From the NCBI GenBank assembly GCA_964106645.2, contig OZ067039.1: 64,000 nucleotides of DNA; one strand, written 5' to 3'. The notes beneath the pieces are model-generated. The model was not told where the DNA came from. It saw nothing but the letters and a program-made list of their open reading frames with translations, and did no database searches. The position numbers were made by a program, and so were the translations under genes. This DNA comes from Podarcis pityusensis. Taxonomy: Eukaryota. Positions 50,701 through 62,716 of the stretch are shown here, piece after piece (position 1 is the first letter of the stretch; each line of letters begins with the position of its first letter).

Positions 50701-53700
50701 GGTGTCCAATCTTTATCTTCAAAGTAATGTTTTTAAAAAATATTTCCTTTATGCTTCATGTGTATTTGGTATAGATTCCCTCTTTCTAGACGAAACCAAA
50801 TATGGTATAAACAGTTGCTTCCCAAATTATCAAATCATGTGGTATTAGTGTTTCCCAAAATATCCAAGTCTTCAGTTTCATTAGATTATGCTGCCATATA
50901 CAGTGGTACCTCGGGTTAAGTACTTAATTTGTTCCGGAGGTCCGTTCTTAACCTGAAACTGTTCTTAACCTGAAGCACTACTTTAGCTAATGGGGCCTCC
51001 TGCTGCCGCCACTCCGCCAGAGCACGATTTCTGTTCTCATCCTGAATCAAAGTTCTTAACTTGAGGTACTATTTCTGGGTTAGCGGAGTCTGTAACCTGA
51101 AGCGGATGTAACCCGAGGTATCACTGTAGTCTGATACAAACCGAAGTTCCATGTGTGCTTGCATGTGAATAGGTAGGATATAATGCATATTACTGGAGTT
51201 GCAAGACTGTTTTAAAGCACAGATACTTTGTAATACTAATCAAGAGGACTTTAAATCCTTATTAAAGTGTTTCTATATGAGATTCCACTTCAGGAATTTA
51301 GCATTACTTTTAAGCTCATACCCTTGGTGAACACGCTATAGGCACAATAACTAAGTCCCCCCCCCACCCGCAATAAATAAATAAATCCCAAATTCTGTTT
51401 ATCTGACCGCCCACCTGTGTTGCAGATATTGAAGCTTCTTTTAGTCTATCTTGAAATTATATTCAGGGAGGCGAGGATGGTAATGGGCTAGAGATTGGGA
51501 ACACATTTTTGGACAAGTATGTGAAAGAGAGAAAGGACAGTTCATTGAATTTGTGGGGTTATGTTTGATTTTGAAAGAATGTGTATCTTGGAAGGGGTTT
51601 GGGTGGGTTGGGAATCTTCAGAGACCAGTTGCTATAAAATGGCAAGGCTTACTATTTGCTAACAAAATGTCTTTTATGAATGCTTCTAATGAAATTTTGA
51701 ATTCTATGGGAGACATGTCTTTTGAATATTCTAATGCTCTTATTCCCCCCCCCCCCCCAGCTAATTCAAGATTTATTGAAAACTTTGCCTCAAATGTTCA
51801 CTAACTCCCTGGAAACTCAGAGTGCTCTGGGACCTGCACTACAGGCGGCCTTTAAATTGATGTCCCCCACTGGTGGTCGGATTTCTGTCTTCCAGACACA
51901 ACTTCCAACTGTAGGAGTGGGTGCGCTCAAACCTCGGGAAGAGCCTAACCAAAAAGCTGCTGCAAAGGTTAGCAAAAGCTCTTTCTATGTATTCTTTAAG
52001 TAACCCTTAATTTAACTTGTCTTATTGTCTGCAACTGCATCCCTCAAAATACCGTTTTGAACCCATGCCCAGTCTCTTTTATGGATAAGTTGAGCTACTG
52101 CTTCAATCCATGCGAGTTTATGAAGAACAGCAGAAATGTGTATTTTGAAGTTCTATCATTTTGACTTTTTTACTAGGATATCCATCTTACACCATCTACT
52201 GACTTCTATAAAAAGTTGGCCTTGGACTGTTCAGGACAGCAGGTTGCAGTTGACCTGTTCCTCCTTAGCGGGCAGTACTCTGACTTGGCTTCATTAGGTG
52301 AGTAAGGTATTTTCACATTTGTGTTTTCTGATGTCTCATTGTGAAAAGGAAAAGAAATCAGCATGATAGTTTTAACAATACGTTTTAAATAGTAAAAACT
52401 GAATCTTAATGCTGGGTATAGGAAGTATAGGAAGTTAAATTTTAATACAATAAGCTCAATGCGCACAAGTTAAATGTGCATAAGTTGTGGGCTTATTGTA
52501 ACATTTCTACAATATTTTAAAAGACCCTGGCACATACTTTCTCCCAATACTGTTAGTGCATCTCCCAATACTATCAATGTTAGATTGTTTTTATTGTGTT
52601 GACTGTAGTTTGTTCCTTCAATTTATCCTTGGATTTTTATTTTTAGGTTGTATATCAAGGTATTCAGCTGGTAGTGTCTATTACTACCAATCTTACCATC
52701 AACAACACAATCCTCTTCTGGTGGAGAAACTACAGAAAGAGCTGAAACGATACTTGACTCGGAAGATTGGTTTTGAGGCTGTCATGCGAATAAGGTGTAC
52801 GAAAGGTCAGACAATTTAATTTGCTAATGTTAAGCAAAGCAGTGCTTCGATAAGTGCCCAAATAAGTAATTGGCAGAAGCGCACATGCAAATATTTAAAA
52901 GCTTAGCATTGTGAATTTAGAATATTTAGAACAGTGAACATGCATCTGTGAATGTATTAGATTCTCCCAGTGTGTTGTGATCCAGTGGTCCAGAATACTG
53001 GGTGGTTGTTCTCTCTATCGACGAGTAGGCCAGGCTGTTTACAAAAAGGAAAGACTTGGATAAGTTGAATTTGGAGTCAGGAAGCAGTTCCCACGTCCCT
53101 AGAGATGGATTTCTGCTTCTTCAGTTTTAATGGATACAGGTCTTTAAATCTTTCCTTATACAAAAAATAGCACCTTTGTCTATTTGTTACTTACTTTTAA
53201 AAATAAATAAAACAAAATTAAAGAGAATATTCTTGAACTAACTAGCCTTGAGAAAGGTAAATGTTTATTTGTGTGATCTTGCCCTGGATTTACATATAGA
53301 GTCTACCAAGTCTAGTTAAAAACAACCTTCAGACAGTTCTGCCAGTGGAAAAATTCGTTAATAAAGTGAGATCATCCCCCGAGTGTTAATCTTTAAATCA
53401 AGTTCAGGTGAAATAGTAATAGAGTTGCTTCTCTGTCTTTTATTTTGAGAGCATTATTTTATTTTCCTTAGTCCCCCTTACAGGACTTGACGGACTGTGA
53501 TAATGCAAGTGTTAATACATTTGTGTAATTATTCCCTAAGATATTGTGCTACTTATCTGTTTAGTCACTGAGACTGAGACTTTGAGACATTGGCTTGGTC
53601 CAAAGAGCCCTCTGCATGTGCCAAAATAGCTTCCACATCAGCACAGGAGGATTGTTGCCCTTTGCACTTATGTTAAATATTTCTCTAATAAAGCTTTCCA

Positions 53701-55078
53701 GCAATGTGAGAGTTTGTAGTGGAAATGGGTGCTAGTAGCGTCAGTAGGTCCATGGAATATCACATATGGCCCTTTGGATCTCAGCCATTACATTATACAA
53801 GTTCTCTGTATAGAGGACACCCAGTAAATAGGTGTTTAGTGGCACTGCCTAAGGCTGGTCTGATGCTGGAGAACTGGATAAATTACTGAACTTCAGCAGC
53901 TTTCAGACGTGCTTATGACTTTCTTTGCAAGGAGACAATGCAGTCAAAGTGATTGTGCAAGATTTGAGTTGAAATAGTATTCCTGAAACACTTTTCTCTT
54001 CCATAGGCCTTTCGATTCATACCTTCCATGGCAACTTCTTTGTACGGTCAACAGATCTGTTGTCTTTACCCAATGTGAACCCTGATGCAGGATATGCAGT
54101 ACAGATGTCAGTAGAGGAGAACCTCACAGACATGCAGGTTGTCTGCTTCCAGTCAGCTCTCCTCTATACGTCTAGTAAAGGTAAGGATGTCATGGCATCA
54201 GTTGCCACTAGTAGTATCTGCTACAAAATATATACATGCTTGTTGATCTACATTTTTTGTGAAGTTAAGATTAATTGGTCTTGAGTCTTCATAGATCTGA
54301 CTAATTAGCCTACACTAGCTTGTTTGTAGTTTTTTCATTACTGCATTAATGAACTCCAGGCCAGAATGCACATTGTTAAATAGAACGACTGCTTAAACTG
54401 AAGATGGACAATTGTAGTACAGTATTTACAATTCTATGATTCTGTGTTGAGATTCCTGCATTGCAGGGGGTTGGACTAGATGATGCTCGGAGTCCCTTCC
54501 AAATCTAGAATTCTATGATTTTTCTTCTAAAGTGTCCCTGGTGGAAGTTTGGTTGAAAAACTGCAACCTGTGTTTGACTTATGTGAATAACTACATTAAG
54601 GCGGGGGGACAGGATGGGGCTATTAATTATAACGTTGGGCTACATTTGTGAAGGTTTCTGAAGCATCACCTGGACACATTTGTTAGATGCAGCTCTGATG
54701 TTATGGATTTCCCTGTACAGGTGAAAGGAGGATTCGTGTTCACACTTTGTGCTTACCAGTTGTTAGCCAGCTGAGTGATGTTTATTTGGGAGCTGACGTG
54801 CAAGCAATTATCGGGCTGCTAGCCAATATGGGTAAGTGCTTTGGTTGTTTTTTGAATGTAAGGTATTTGTAGTTTTGAATAATAATGTCTGAACAATTAT
54901 TATTTTATTACCACCATATTGCTCTTGAGATACTGAAGGTGGTGGTGAATGTTTTTGGTTTGTATTGACATAGAATGCATAGCATTCTGCTATAGCTGTG
55001 TGGGTTCAAGTGACTGGAACAATGACCCACTGTGTGAAGGGCTGACATTTTGCCATCTCTGGTTTGCATTCTTCCTAG

Positions 55079-55153
<75 letters not shown>

Positions 55154-58100
55154 TTAAGCAACTGTAGAACCATAGATCATCAAGAACGCCTAACTTAATA
55201 GCCAAAATCAGTATGTACTTTTTTTCTTTAGCTGTTGACCGGTCAGTTACTGCTAGCCTGAGTGATGCTCGAGATGCACTGGTGAATGCTGTAATAGATT
55301 CCCTGTCTGCATACCGGTCCTCTGTCCTAACCATTCAGCAGCCTGGACTCATGGCTCCGATTTCATTACGTCTCTTCCCATTGTATGTGCTGGCTCTCTT
55401 AAAGCAGGTAAGGACAAAAGTGAATTTGAAAACATTATATCCAGGATATGAAGGTCCCAAGATGTGCACCAAAATACATGGAAACACTGGCTTTTACCAT
55501 TTCCTCTGTCCACTGCAGCTCCAGTGGTTTTTCAGTGTTCTATTTTGGCTTCCCTGAAACTTTACAAGTTGTGGTTCAAGCTTTTTGACAGCAGGTTATG
55601 ATGGGAAGTTGTTCCTTAAGTCCTGGTGTGTGAGGAGAAACTGGCCCTCTGGATTTAGACTAATGAATCCTACCTTCTAGATTGATTAGTGTTTGTTGCT
55701 GTTGCACTTTCAAATTTATTAACTATATTTAAATCAGACTGTATCAAACACAACATGAATTTTATACAAACAAATAAGCAGAACACAGATTTGCCAGCAA
55801 AGTTGTCCTATCCACTGCAAAGACTTCTGCCTGCACAACAGACTGCTTCTCCCTGTGTCCCCATACCTCCCTAAATCTATTCCAGGGGTTTCCCCCAATC
55901 CTCTGGAGCAGATGGGTTTATGTGTGTGAGGAGGAAAAGTCTCATTGCACAGGTGCTAACAGAACAATTTTGTTGGATATGCTTAAACTCTAGATTCTGA
56001 GTGCAGGCTTGCCTGCAACCCATAGCTCTTGGTGTGTTGCCCTCTGAGATGTCCTTTCATCTTCCTCTCTTACATATATTACCAAATGGGATATAAATTG
56101 TATGCTATGCTGTGTATGTTTACTTCCTGAGTAATGGATATGGTAATGATGCTACTTTTATTCACAGAAAGCATTCCAAACCGGGACAAACATACGTTTA
56201 GATGATCGCATCTTTACCATGTGTCAAGTGAAGAACCAACCTTTAGTGTACCTCATGCTTATGATGCATCCTAATTTATACCGAATAGACAATCTCACAG
56301 ACGAGGTATGATCATTTTCCTCTAAATTGTGCCTGTAAACACCACCTCTTAGGCCTCGATAAGGTTTTGCCATGATTAAGGTTAATCATAGGTAAAGGTA
56401 AAGGGACCCCTGACCATTAGGTCCAGTCGCGGACGACTCTGGGGTTGTGGCGTGCATCTCGCTTTATTGGCTGAGGGAGCCAGCGTACAGCGTCCGGGTC
56501 ATGTGGCGAACCAAAGCAGCGCACAGAAACACCATTTACCTTCCCGTTGAAGCGGTACCTATTTATCTACTTGCACTTTGACGTGCTTTTGAACTCCTAG
56601 GTTGGCAGGAGCAGGGACCGAGCAACGGGAGCTCACCCTGTCGCAGGGATTTGAATTGCCGACCTGATCGGCAAGCCCTAGGTTCTGTGGTTTCACCCAC
56701 AGCACCACCCGCATCCCTTAAGTTTAATCATACTAAAGGGTAAAATGCAGTTGGAACATACGGGTCGGTACATTGTGCCTTTTTACACGATAAAGGTCTT
56801 TATTCCTATTGTTAGTCAAGATCTGACCTGTAGCCTCTTCATATCTTATCCATTATATGCATATTTCTTTAGGGAGCCCTCAACGTCAATGACAAAACAA
56901 TACCTCAGCCTCCCATTCTCCAGCTGTCTGTGGAGAAGATAAATAGAGATGGTGCCTACCTTATGGATGCTGGCTCTGTAAGTTACATTCTGCTAATATT
57001 CATATTGTGTGCAAAATGTGGCTCATTCTCTTTGAAGCTTCATAGCTGTCATTTGCCAGAAAGTGTATGAGAAGAGTAAAATGCACAGAGTAATGTTTTC
57101 TGGTTATCCATGTCTGCCTTTACAGGTGATGTTTTTGTGGGTTGGAAAGAATTGTGGACAGAACTTTATCAGCCGTGTCCTTGGAGTTCCACACTATGCA
57201 TCAATACCACACAATATGGTAAGAATGTGGAGGCAACTCCCAACTCGCAAAACTGTGCACAAGGGTGCACAGCGCCGAATGGGTGCGGGGGCAGAACAGG
57301 GTCAGAATGGACTTCAGCACATCCCAGAATGGAACCCCCACGTAAGCGAGGATTCCTCTGTAATTCAGAAGAACTTCTAGCTCCTTAGAACTACATGAAA
57401 AAGTTAAGCTACACAATTAAAATTCCTGCTGTGCAAACTGCAGTATTTTTAAGGATTGCCTTACAGGCAGCTCATTTCACCTGTTCTAATCTTTAGATAT
57501 CCCTCACAAGTGTCTGAATTTATGGGCAGCATTCAGTGAAATAGTTGCACTAGTACAGAGGGATGTCTTTCCTCTAGGATGCCTCCAGATCGGCTCCAGA
57601 GAGTTGAGAAAGCCCCCAGAGCAGATTTAAGGGTTGTGCAGGCAGAGAAGAAGGGGAGATGGTTCCATTGCATGAGGAGAAACCCTTACACTGATAGAAT
57701 GATCCACTTAACACAATGTTGAATACACCCTGTATTTCCTTATTTAGGGGAACAAAAATGTTTCCTCAAAGATTTTCCACTATGTAGGCCTGAGGGTGGG
57801 GAATCTCCAGACTGTGTGAGCTGCCATCATTTTTAAGGCTGTTTGCAAGTGGATGGTACAGAAATTGCTTGCATAGGGACTTTAGAGGCAAGTCCCTTTG
57901 ATGTTGTCACATGATGTCACAATGGTGTCAGGTGATTGAGGGATCCACTTCCAGTCCTGAAGGAGACATTTGGGATAGGATCCAATGGAGTGCAAGCAGG
58001 TGTGCACTGCAGCTTTCCCCTCTCCTCCTGTCCCATGCACCCCAAAACTTGCGCTGGAGAGTTGGAGGAGCTTACAGAGCGTGGGGGTGGGAATCCTGTT

Positions 58101-59348
58101 GCACAAGCGAATTTCTATTGCACATGCAAGTGAACCCCATTGAATGCCTCTTTGTTTAAGTATACACATGGTTCACTACCAATTAGCCAGGAGTTGAAGA
58201 TAAAGAACGGTGCAGAGAGTGAATCCTACTGCTGACTAAATCTTTTAAGTTTCAGAAGGGCTGCTCTTGCACCATGGTTGATTGATAGTGGGTTGCTGAC
58301 AGACTGCTAATGACATTTGCACAACGCAGGTTTACTTGAGCAGCAGTGCCTGAAAAAATGCAGTGGGAACAGTTTTTGCCTTCTTCAGACAAATAGGGGG
58401 GATATGCATATTCATGCAGGTATATGGGGGCCAATGTCAACCTGAATATATATAACCTGAATACTTTAGATATTATTTTTGACTGGCATTCACAGTAGCT
58501 CTTTTTGTGACAGACACAACTTCCAGAACTTGATACGGCTGAGTCTTCTAGAATGCTTGCTTTTATCTCTTGGCTGAGGGAGCAAAGGCCCTTCTTTCCT
58601 ATATTGTATATTTTAAGGTAAGTGGCATTTTTATATGAGAAGACTACATCAGCATACAGACCTGGTAGCCGTGCAGCTTGCTGCTCACCTGGGACAGGTA
58701 GCAACTGGCTCTCTGCGAACAGCTTAGTTACAAACTTCCTCTGTTGCATGCCTATTAAAAAGAGGAATATTCTCTGCCTGCTTGCTTCTGGCAGAGATGG
58801 AGTGAGACCACATTCAATGAAAGTAAAAAGGGGTAGCAACACTGATCTTTGGTGGCATATGGGGAGTGTTAAGGGATGTACAAATGGAGGGATGCTCAGA
58901 CCCTTAAGTACTTACCTGAAATGGCCAGTCTTGTGGCATGCATGGAGTTCCCACACAAGCCAGTAGTTCCCTTCCATTTCAATAGCAAGAACAGCTACAG
59001 GGCTGTCCCAGGTGCTGCCATGAATGAAGAAGTGTTTGCTTCCTCCGATCCATGTATGTATCAGAGTTTGTGCCCATGCAAACAGCATGAGCACCTTTAA
59101 TGCTATAGATTCCCGACATGTTAACAAAATAGATTTTGCTTTTATCAGACAATTCACATTGTAAATATTTTCTAGGAATGAAGCATTAAAAAGTGTTGAT
59201 GCTCATGAAATTCTGTTTGCTTTTATTTTTAAGGGATGAAAGTCCATGGAAACCAAGTTTCCTGCAAAATATGATAGAAGACAGAACAGAATCTGCATTA
59301 TCGTACTATGAGTTCCTTTTGCATATTCAGCAGCAAGTGAATAAATGA
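29476..59348 (+). CDS. SEC24A: Protein transport protein Sec24A (COPII cargo adaptor), complete 23-exon CDS, 3291 nt / 1096 aa
   Basis: All exons are phase-consistent with GT-AG borders. Pro/Gln/Ser-rich N-terminus, zinc finger CRSC...CNLC, trunk/vWA ([14 protein letters not shown]), beta-sandwich, helical and gelsolin regions, C-terminus [16 protein letters not shown]. Confidence 0.97.
30282..30351. repeat. Perfect 70-bp palindrome (35-bp arms, no spacer)
   Basis: TGAAGAACACAAACTAAAGCTACTACCACACTGCA|TGCAGTGTGGTAGTAGCTTTAGTTTGTGTTCTTCA. Confidence 0.97.
30660..30790 (+). mobile_element. CR1/L2-clade LINE 3' fragment
   Basis: aacaggatgctagactagatgggtctttggcctgatccagcaggctcttcttatg tail. Confidence 0.65.
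32051..32287 (+). mobile_element. BovB (RTE clade) LINE 3' end
   Basis: [31 protein letters not shown]...HGV.KS.TRLND* with (AAC)n tail. Confidence 0.92.
33409..33649. mobile_element. Older Tigger/pogo-like MITE
   Basis: TA|CAGTCAAACCTCAGTT ... AACCAAGCGTTGACTG|TA. Confidence 0.65.
34066..34641. mobile_element. Tc2/mariner-like non-autonomous DNA transposon with internal duplication
   Basis: TA|CCGTATTTTTCACTCTATAAC ... GTTATGGAGCAAAAAATACGG|TA; repeated block tgtgatctgatggtgaatttgggg...ggatccatg. Confidence 0.85.
37592..37819 (-). mobile_element. Sauria SINE (internally deleted)
   Basis: gcggtacctatttatctacttgcac...ctaggttggcaggagc...gggagctcacccc; TSD TGTGAACCT. Confidence 0.88.
39023..39541 (+). 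CDS. SEC24A: SEC24A exon 2
   Basis: 519 nt, ccccag/gtaaga, [10 protein letters not shown]...SYTKP low-complexity region. Confidence 0.92.
39713..39857. mobile_element. hAT-type MITE
   Basis: TIR CAGTGCTTTTT/AAAAAGCACTG; imperfect 8-bp TSD GTGGAAAT/GGTGAAAT. Confidence 0.7.
40522..40677 (+). CDS. SEC24A: SEC24A exon 3
   Basis: 156 nt, ttgcag/gtaagg, Pro-rich GSVPLPG...NTQG. Confidence 0.85.
42052..42129 (+). CDS. SEC24A: SEC24A exon 4
   Basis: 78 nt, [26 protein letters not shown] (YDxIEGGG motif). Confidence 0.9.
43429..43580 (+). CDS. SEC24A: SEC24A exon 5
   Basis: 152 nt, ...[10 protein letters not shown]...QFPQ. Confidence 0.9.
44102..44274 (+). CDS. SEC24A: SEC24A exon 6
   Basis: 173 nt, ...[23 protein letters not shown]...NCNP. 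Confidence 0.94.
44675..44777 (+). CDS. SEC24A: SEC24A exon 7
   Basis: 103 nt, [34 protein letters not shown]. Confidence 0.96.
46253..46379 (+). CDS. SEC24A: SEC24A exon 8 (zinc finger)
   Basis: 127 nt, [13 protein letters not shown]...[11 protein letters not shown]. Confidence 0.97.
46663..46772 (+). CDS. SEC24A: SEC24A exon 9
   Basis: 110 nt, VPEEFMYNP...EFMAPSEYM. Confidence 0.97.
47418..47442 (+). repeat. (GT)12 microsatellite
   Basis: direct reading. Confidence 0.9.
48424..48536 (+). CDS. SEC24A: SEC24A exon 10
   Basis: 113 nt, [23 protein letters not shown]... Confidence 0.97.
49329..49447 (+). CDS. SEC24A: SEC24A exon 11
   Basis: 119 nt, [21 protein letters not shown]...VSDIE. 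Confidence 0.97.
50034..50057 (+). repeat. (TG)12 microsatellite
   Basis: direct reading. Confidence 0.9.
50333..50388 (+). CDS. SEC24A: SEC24A exon 12
   Basis: 56 nt, [18 protein letters not shown]. Confidence 0.95.
50901..51126. mobile_element. Tigger/pogo-like MITE (family of 5187-5428, opposite orientation)
   Basis: TA|CAGTGGTACCTCGGGTTA...TAACCCGAGGTATCACTG|TA. Confidence 0.88.
51761..51967 (+). CDS. SEC24A: SEC24A exon 13
   Basis: 207 nt, [13 protein letters not shown]...[19 protein letters not shown]... Confidence 0.97.
52177..52297 (+). CDS. SEC24A: SEC24A exon 14
   Basis: 121 nt, [28 protein letters not shown]...SDLASL. Confidence 0.97.
52647..52805 (+). CDS. SEC24A: SEC24A exon 15
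   Basis: 159 nt, CISRYSAG...[14 protein letters not shown]. Confidence 0.97.
54007..54180 (+). CDS. SEC24A: SEC24A exon 16
   Basis: 174 nt, [18 protein letters not shown]...[11 protein letters not shown]. Confidence 0.97.
54721..54831 (+). CDS. SEC24A: SEC24A exon 17
   Basis: 111 nt, [14 protein letters not shown]...LLANM. Confidence 0.97.
55085..55151 (+). repeat. Compound (GT)14(GA)19 microsatellite ~80 nt upstream of SEC24A exon 18
   Basis: direct reading. Confidence 0.93.
55232..55407 (+). CDS. SEC24A: SEC24A exon 18
   Basis: 176 nt, [19 protein letters not shown]...[12 protein letters not shown]. Confidence 0.97.
56168..56305 (+). CDS. SEC24A: SEC24A exon 19
   Basis: 138 nt, [16 protein letters not shown]...[13 protein letters not shown]. 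Confidence 0.97.
56391..56717 (-). mobile_element. Near full-length Sauria SINE (lacertid POM-type)
   Basis: (ACCTTT)n tail on minus strand, diagnostic core; 15-bp TSD TTAAG(G/T)TTAATCATA. Confidence 0.9.
56873..56977 (+). CDS. SEC24A: SEC24A exon 20
   Basis: 105 nt, [35 protein letters not shown]. Confidence 0.97.
57126..57218 (+). CDS. SEC24A: SEC24A exon 21
   Basis: 93 nt, [31 protein letters not shown]. Confidence 0.96.
58514..58617 (+). CDS. SEC24A: SEC24A exon 22
   Basis: 104 nt, [34 protein letters not shown]. Confidence 0.96.
59234..59348 (+). CDS. SEC24A: SEC24A exon 23 coding part with stop
   Basis: 115 nt, [37 protein letters not shown]. Confidence 0.97.
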
Positions 59349-62300
59349 GCCCCTTTCAAAGGACCGTTCCTGCATACAGAACACTTGTGCTTGTAATGCT
59401 CCTATAAAGTTTTTGGCCTGATGCAGTTGATGAGAATCTCACTGTGATTTTCAGAAAGAAAGGAAAAACAAAGCAAATAAAGGACCACCAAATCTTGTAC
59501 TTCAAACAATTAAAATCCATTTGAACATGTTGGATGCCTTTTTAATTTGCTGCAGAATGTTTCACTGTAAGTAGCATTATAAAGGCAATATTGAAGAGCT
59601 GAACCTTTATACAAGATTTTTTTTGTTCAAAATACTATGTTTCTAACTTTTTGTTTTGTTTTTCTGCTTTCTTTTGCTGCTATATTTCAAACCTCCCAAG
59701 ACTGAGTTGCAGGGAAACTATATTGTCTTGATTTATACAATATGTATCACTAATTTTTTTTAAAATACATTTTTAAAGAAGCAATGAAACAATTCGTTGT
59801 GAACAAAATATTTAATGAACTTAGTTTCTAGTGCTTTTCAAAATGGATTATGATAAGCAAGGCAGAGTAAACGTGAAGGGATCTGGCTGGATTTAAATGA
59901 ATATGAAACAATTCATTTAAAAAGCTTTAAGATGCACCAGTATTCTAGTACCTGAAAGAACCATGAACTTGCACTATGTCCATTGAGAATTATAATCACA
60001 TGGCCTGAATCGGCTACAAAAATGGTGACCATGGATTCTTGTCTTCGATAGTAAAATGATGTGTGTAAGTCTTAATTCATTAATTGAAAGTAAATAGGGG
60101 AACAGACTGTCCAACCAAAAGTCATGGATTGCATTTGATTAAATATAAAGTCACATTTTTATATTCAGTTAAGATTTTTAATATGAGTGCTTAATGGTGA
60201 CACTAAGCCATAATCATCACGTTAAAAACAGTGTTGAGTAACTTGTCTAAAATCCAGATGAGCATCTAACATGCTGCCATTTAAAATTGAAAAAATGCAG
60301 GGAAGAATTTTTGTGGCTTTAATGGAAAAAGATTCAGAAATCCCGCTTAATAGGCAAGAATCCCAAGTTCTGCACAGTATAAGCAAGAATAATAAATGTT
60401 AGTTTTACTCATACCCAGGAAACTACTGTGAAATAAATCATGGCAAACAGCATTAGTGTTTTTATGTAGATTACCACACAAGCAGCCAGCATTAGTATCA
60501 TCCTTCATCAATGGTAGAACTTCAACTTGTAGCTGTCTTGGATTTCTATTTTCTCTCGCACCTCTTCTCCTCTCCCAAGAAAAGTGGATGGGAAATATAT
60601 TTCCATTGCACTTCTTCCTTGGTGTTCCTTTTGTGGAATGATACTTTGCAGCCATTTTTTCAGGCCGTTGCTTTTGTTCAGTTATAGAAGATTAACTGAA
60701 ATGTCCTCAGTGACGGGCATGGGTAAGCATTACATGCACAAAAAGCCACTAAAGTTCTCAAAAGAACTGTGGTGTTCATAAACCAGCATTTCGAATCGGA
60801 ATACCAACTCTTATCTACTTCTAACAACATTGTCTTCTAATCTATCCAGTGTGTCAGAGTGGTCTATAAAAAGTTGCTTATAGAATTGTTTACTTTCATG
60901 TTACGGGGGGGGGGCGGATCTCCCTCTTCAAAAGGGATTAAAATACCTGTTGAAATCTGCAAAAGAGAAGTTCCTTATTGCTGGTGTCATTCTTTTTTTA
61001 AAGTAGTAATTCAGTTATGGAAGTTGCTATCAAGAATGATATGCACATTTTCAGCATGTGATCATAATGCAGTGCGTGCTTGTGAGTACTGGAAATCAAA
61101 ACCTGAATATTATTATTTTGACCATAGTTCCATTGACTCTTCTAAACAAAAGTGTACAAAATATACCAAGAACAATTTGTGCGTAGAAACAGGCTTGTGT
61201 GCTTAGATTATTTTTCTGGTTCAGGCACAGGTACTGTGCATGGATAACAAATGCATCCAGCACCCCTTGGGTGAATAACTGCTCCCTATGCTGCAGGCAT
61301 AATATTTTGAACAGATAACTGGTGCCGCCAGGCTTGATTGCACTCCTTGGGGTGGTGGGAGCCCTTAAATGTAGCACCATGCCCAGCTATCTCCTGTGCA
61401 CAAAAATACTTAGTTTGAAGAGTGTGTCATGGGGTGTGTGTATTTCAAACGTGGTTTCACTTCATGTAAGACAGGATGATAGGCCTTGACGGAACTAGCC
61501 TAACTGAGGGAGAAAATGATTTCAAGAATAAATCCCTAATCTCCACCTCTTTAACAGAAATAAAAAGGATGGTGAGCACATTATACTGTCTGGATAGGAA
61601 TGCTTTTTAGAATGTTCATACTCTTTTTTGCAATATTGAATTTTCTAATTTTCCTCATGATGGACAAAACTACATCTCCTTTTTAATAATAGGGATTGCA
61701 GGGCAGACCCATGTGTAAAATTGCCTATGCTATACTTTTACTTACAACTGTCTCTTTTAAGATCTGTCACAACTTAACTAGGCAAGAATGGCCCTGATGC
61801 TTCCATCTTAGCATGGCAGTTCACAACAGATGTTCTCTATTTTTCTAGTTTTAAGATTTTTAAACAATTTAGTATGATTGATGGATATGTTAAATTCAGT
61901 CAGCATCAAAACCATCCATTTTAATTAGCCTTTACATTTCTGTAATTTCATAATTTGCAATAATGATGAGGTTTATTTTTATTCAAAATTAATTTAACAG
62001 AATATATAATCATACAGAATGTGAAGGGACCATCAAATGTGACATAAAGCTTCTGTCCACCAGTTACAGATTAAATCCTTACGTAGTAAATTGGATTTTG
62101 TAAAGTAGTGTAAAATATTGTAATATTAATCCTTGTTTTCTGAACTCAGACATTGATATTCGGTGTGAAATTGTAAACCATGCTCTTCTGAAATTGGAGG
62201 CAAGGTTTTACTTGTTCCCCTTTTTACAGTTTGTAATTTTCACTGTTTTATTCCTGTATAAAGTCATTTGTAACACATGCAAATGCTTATTTTAGCTGTG

Positions 62301-62350
62301 CTAATTTATCAAATTTGGCTACTCAATAAAATTAATTGAAAGAGCTCACA
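59349..62350 (+). other. SEC24A: Probable SEC24A 3' UTR (~3 kb)
   Basis: AU-rich stretch with no recognisable TE after the stop; AATAAA at 62325; TEs resume at 62477. Confidence 0.6.
62325..62330 (+). terminator. Candidate distal polyadenylation signal
   Basis: AATAAA preceded by UGUA/U-rich sequence at the end of the TE-free region. Confidence 0.55.
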
Positions 62351-62476
62351 CAGAACTTCATCAGTCCTTTTTACAAACAGAAGTTGGATGCCACAGGAAA
62401 CTTGGCAGTGTTAGTGCCATAGCCAGGCTTGAAGCCAGACTGGAATGGATCAAAGTAATCAGTTTCCTACCAAGTA

Positions 62477-62716
62477 CAGTGGTACCTCAGGTTAAGAACT
62501 TAATTCGTTCTGGAGGTCCGTTCTTAACCTGAAACTGTTCTTAACCTGAAGCACCACTTTAGCTAATGGGGCCTCCTGCTGCTGCCGCACCGCCAGAGCC
62601 TGATTTCTGTTCTTATCCTGAAGCAAAGTTCTTAACCTGAGGTACTATTTCTGGGTTAGCGGAGTCTAACCTGAAGCGTCTATAACCTGAAGCATCTGTA
62701 ACCCGAGGTACCATTG
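62477..62716. mobile_element. Tigger/pogo-like MITE (family of 50901-51126)
   Basis: TA|CAGTGGTACCTC...GAGGTACCATTG|TA. Confidence 0.88.

Noticed and set aside
58252-58842. 196-aa antisense ORF across SEC24A exon 22
   Set aside because: Non-ATG start, no recognisable domain, mostly intronic
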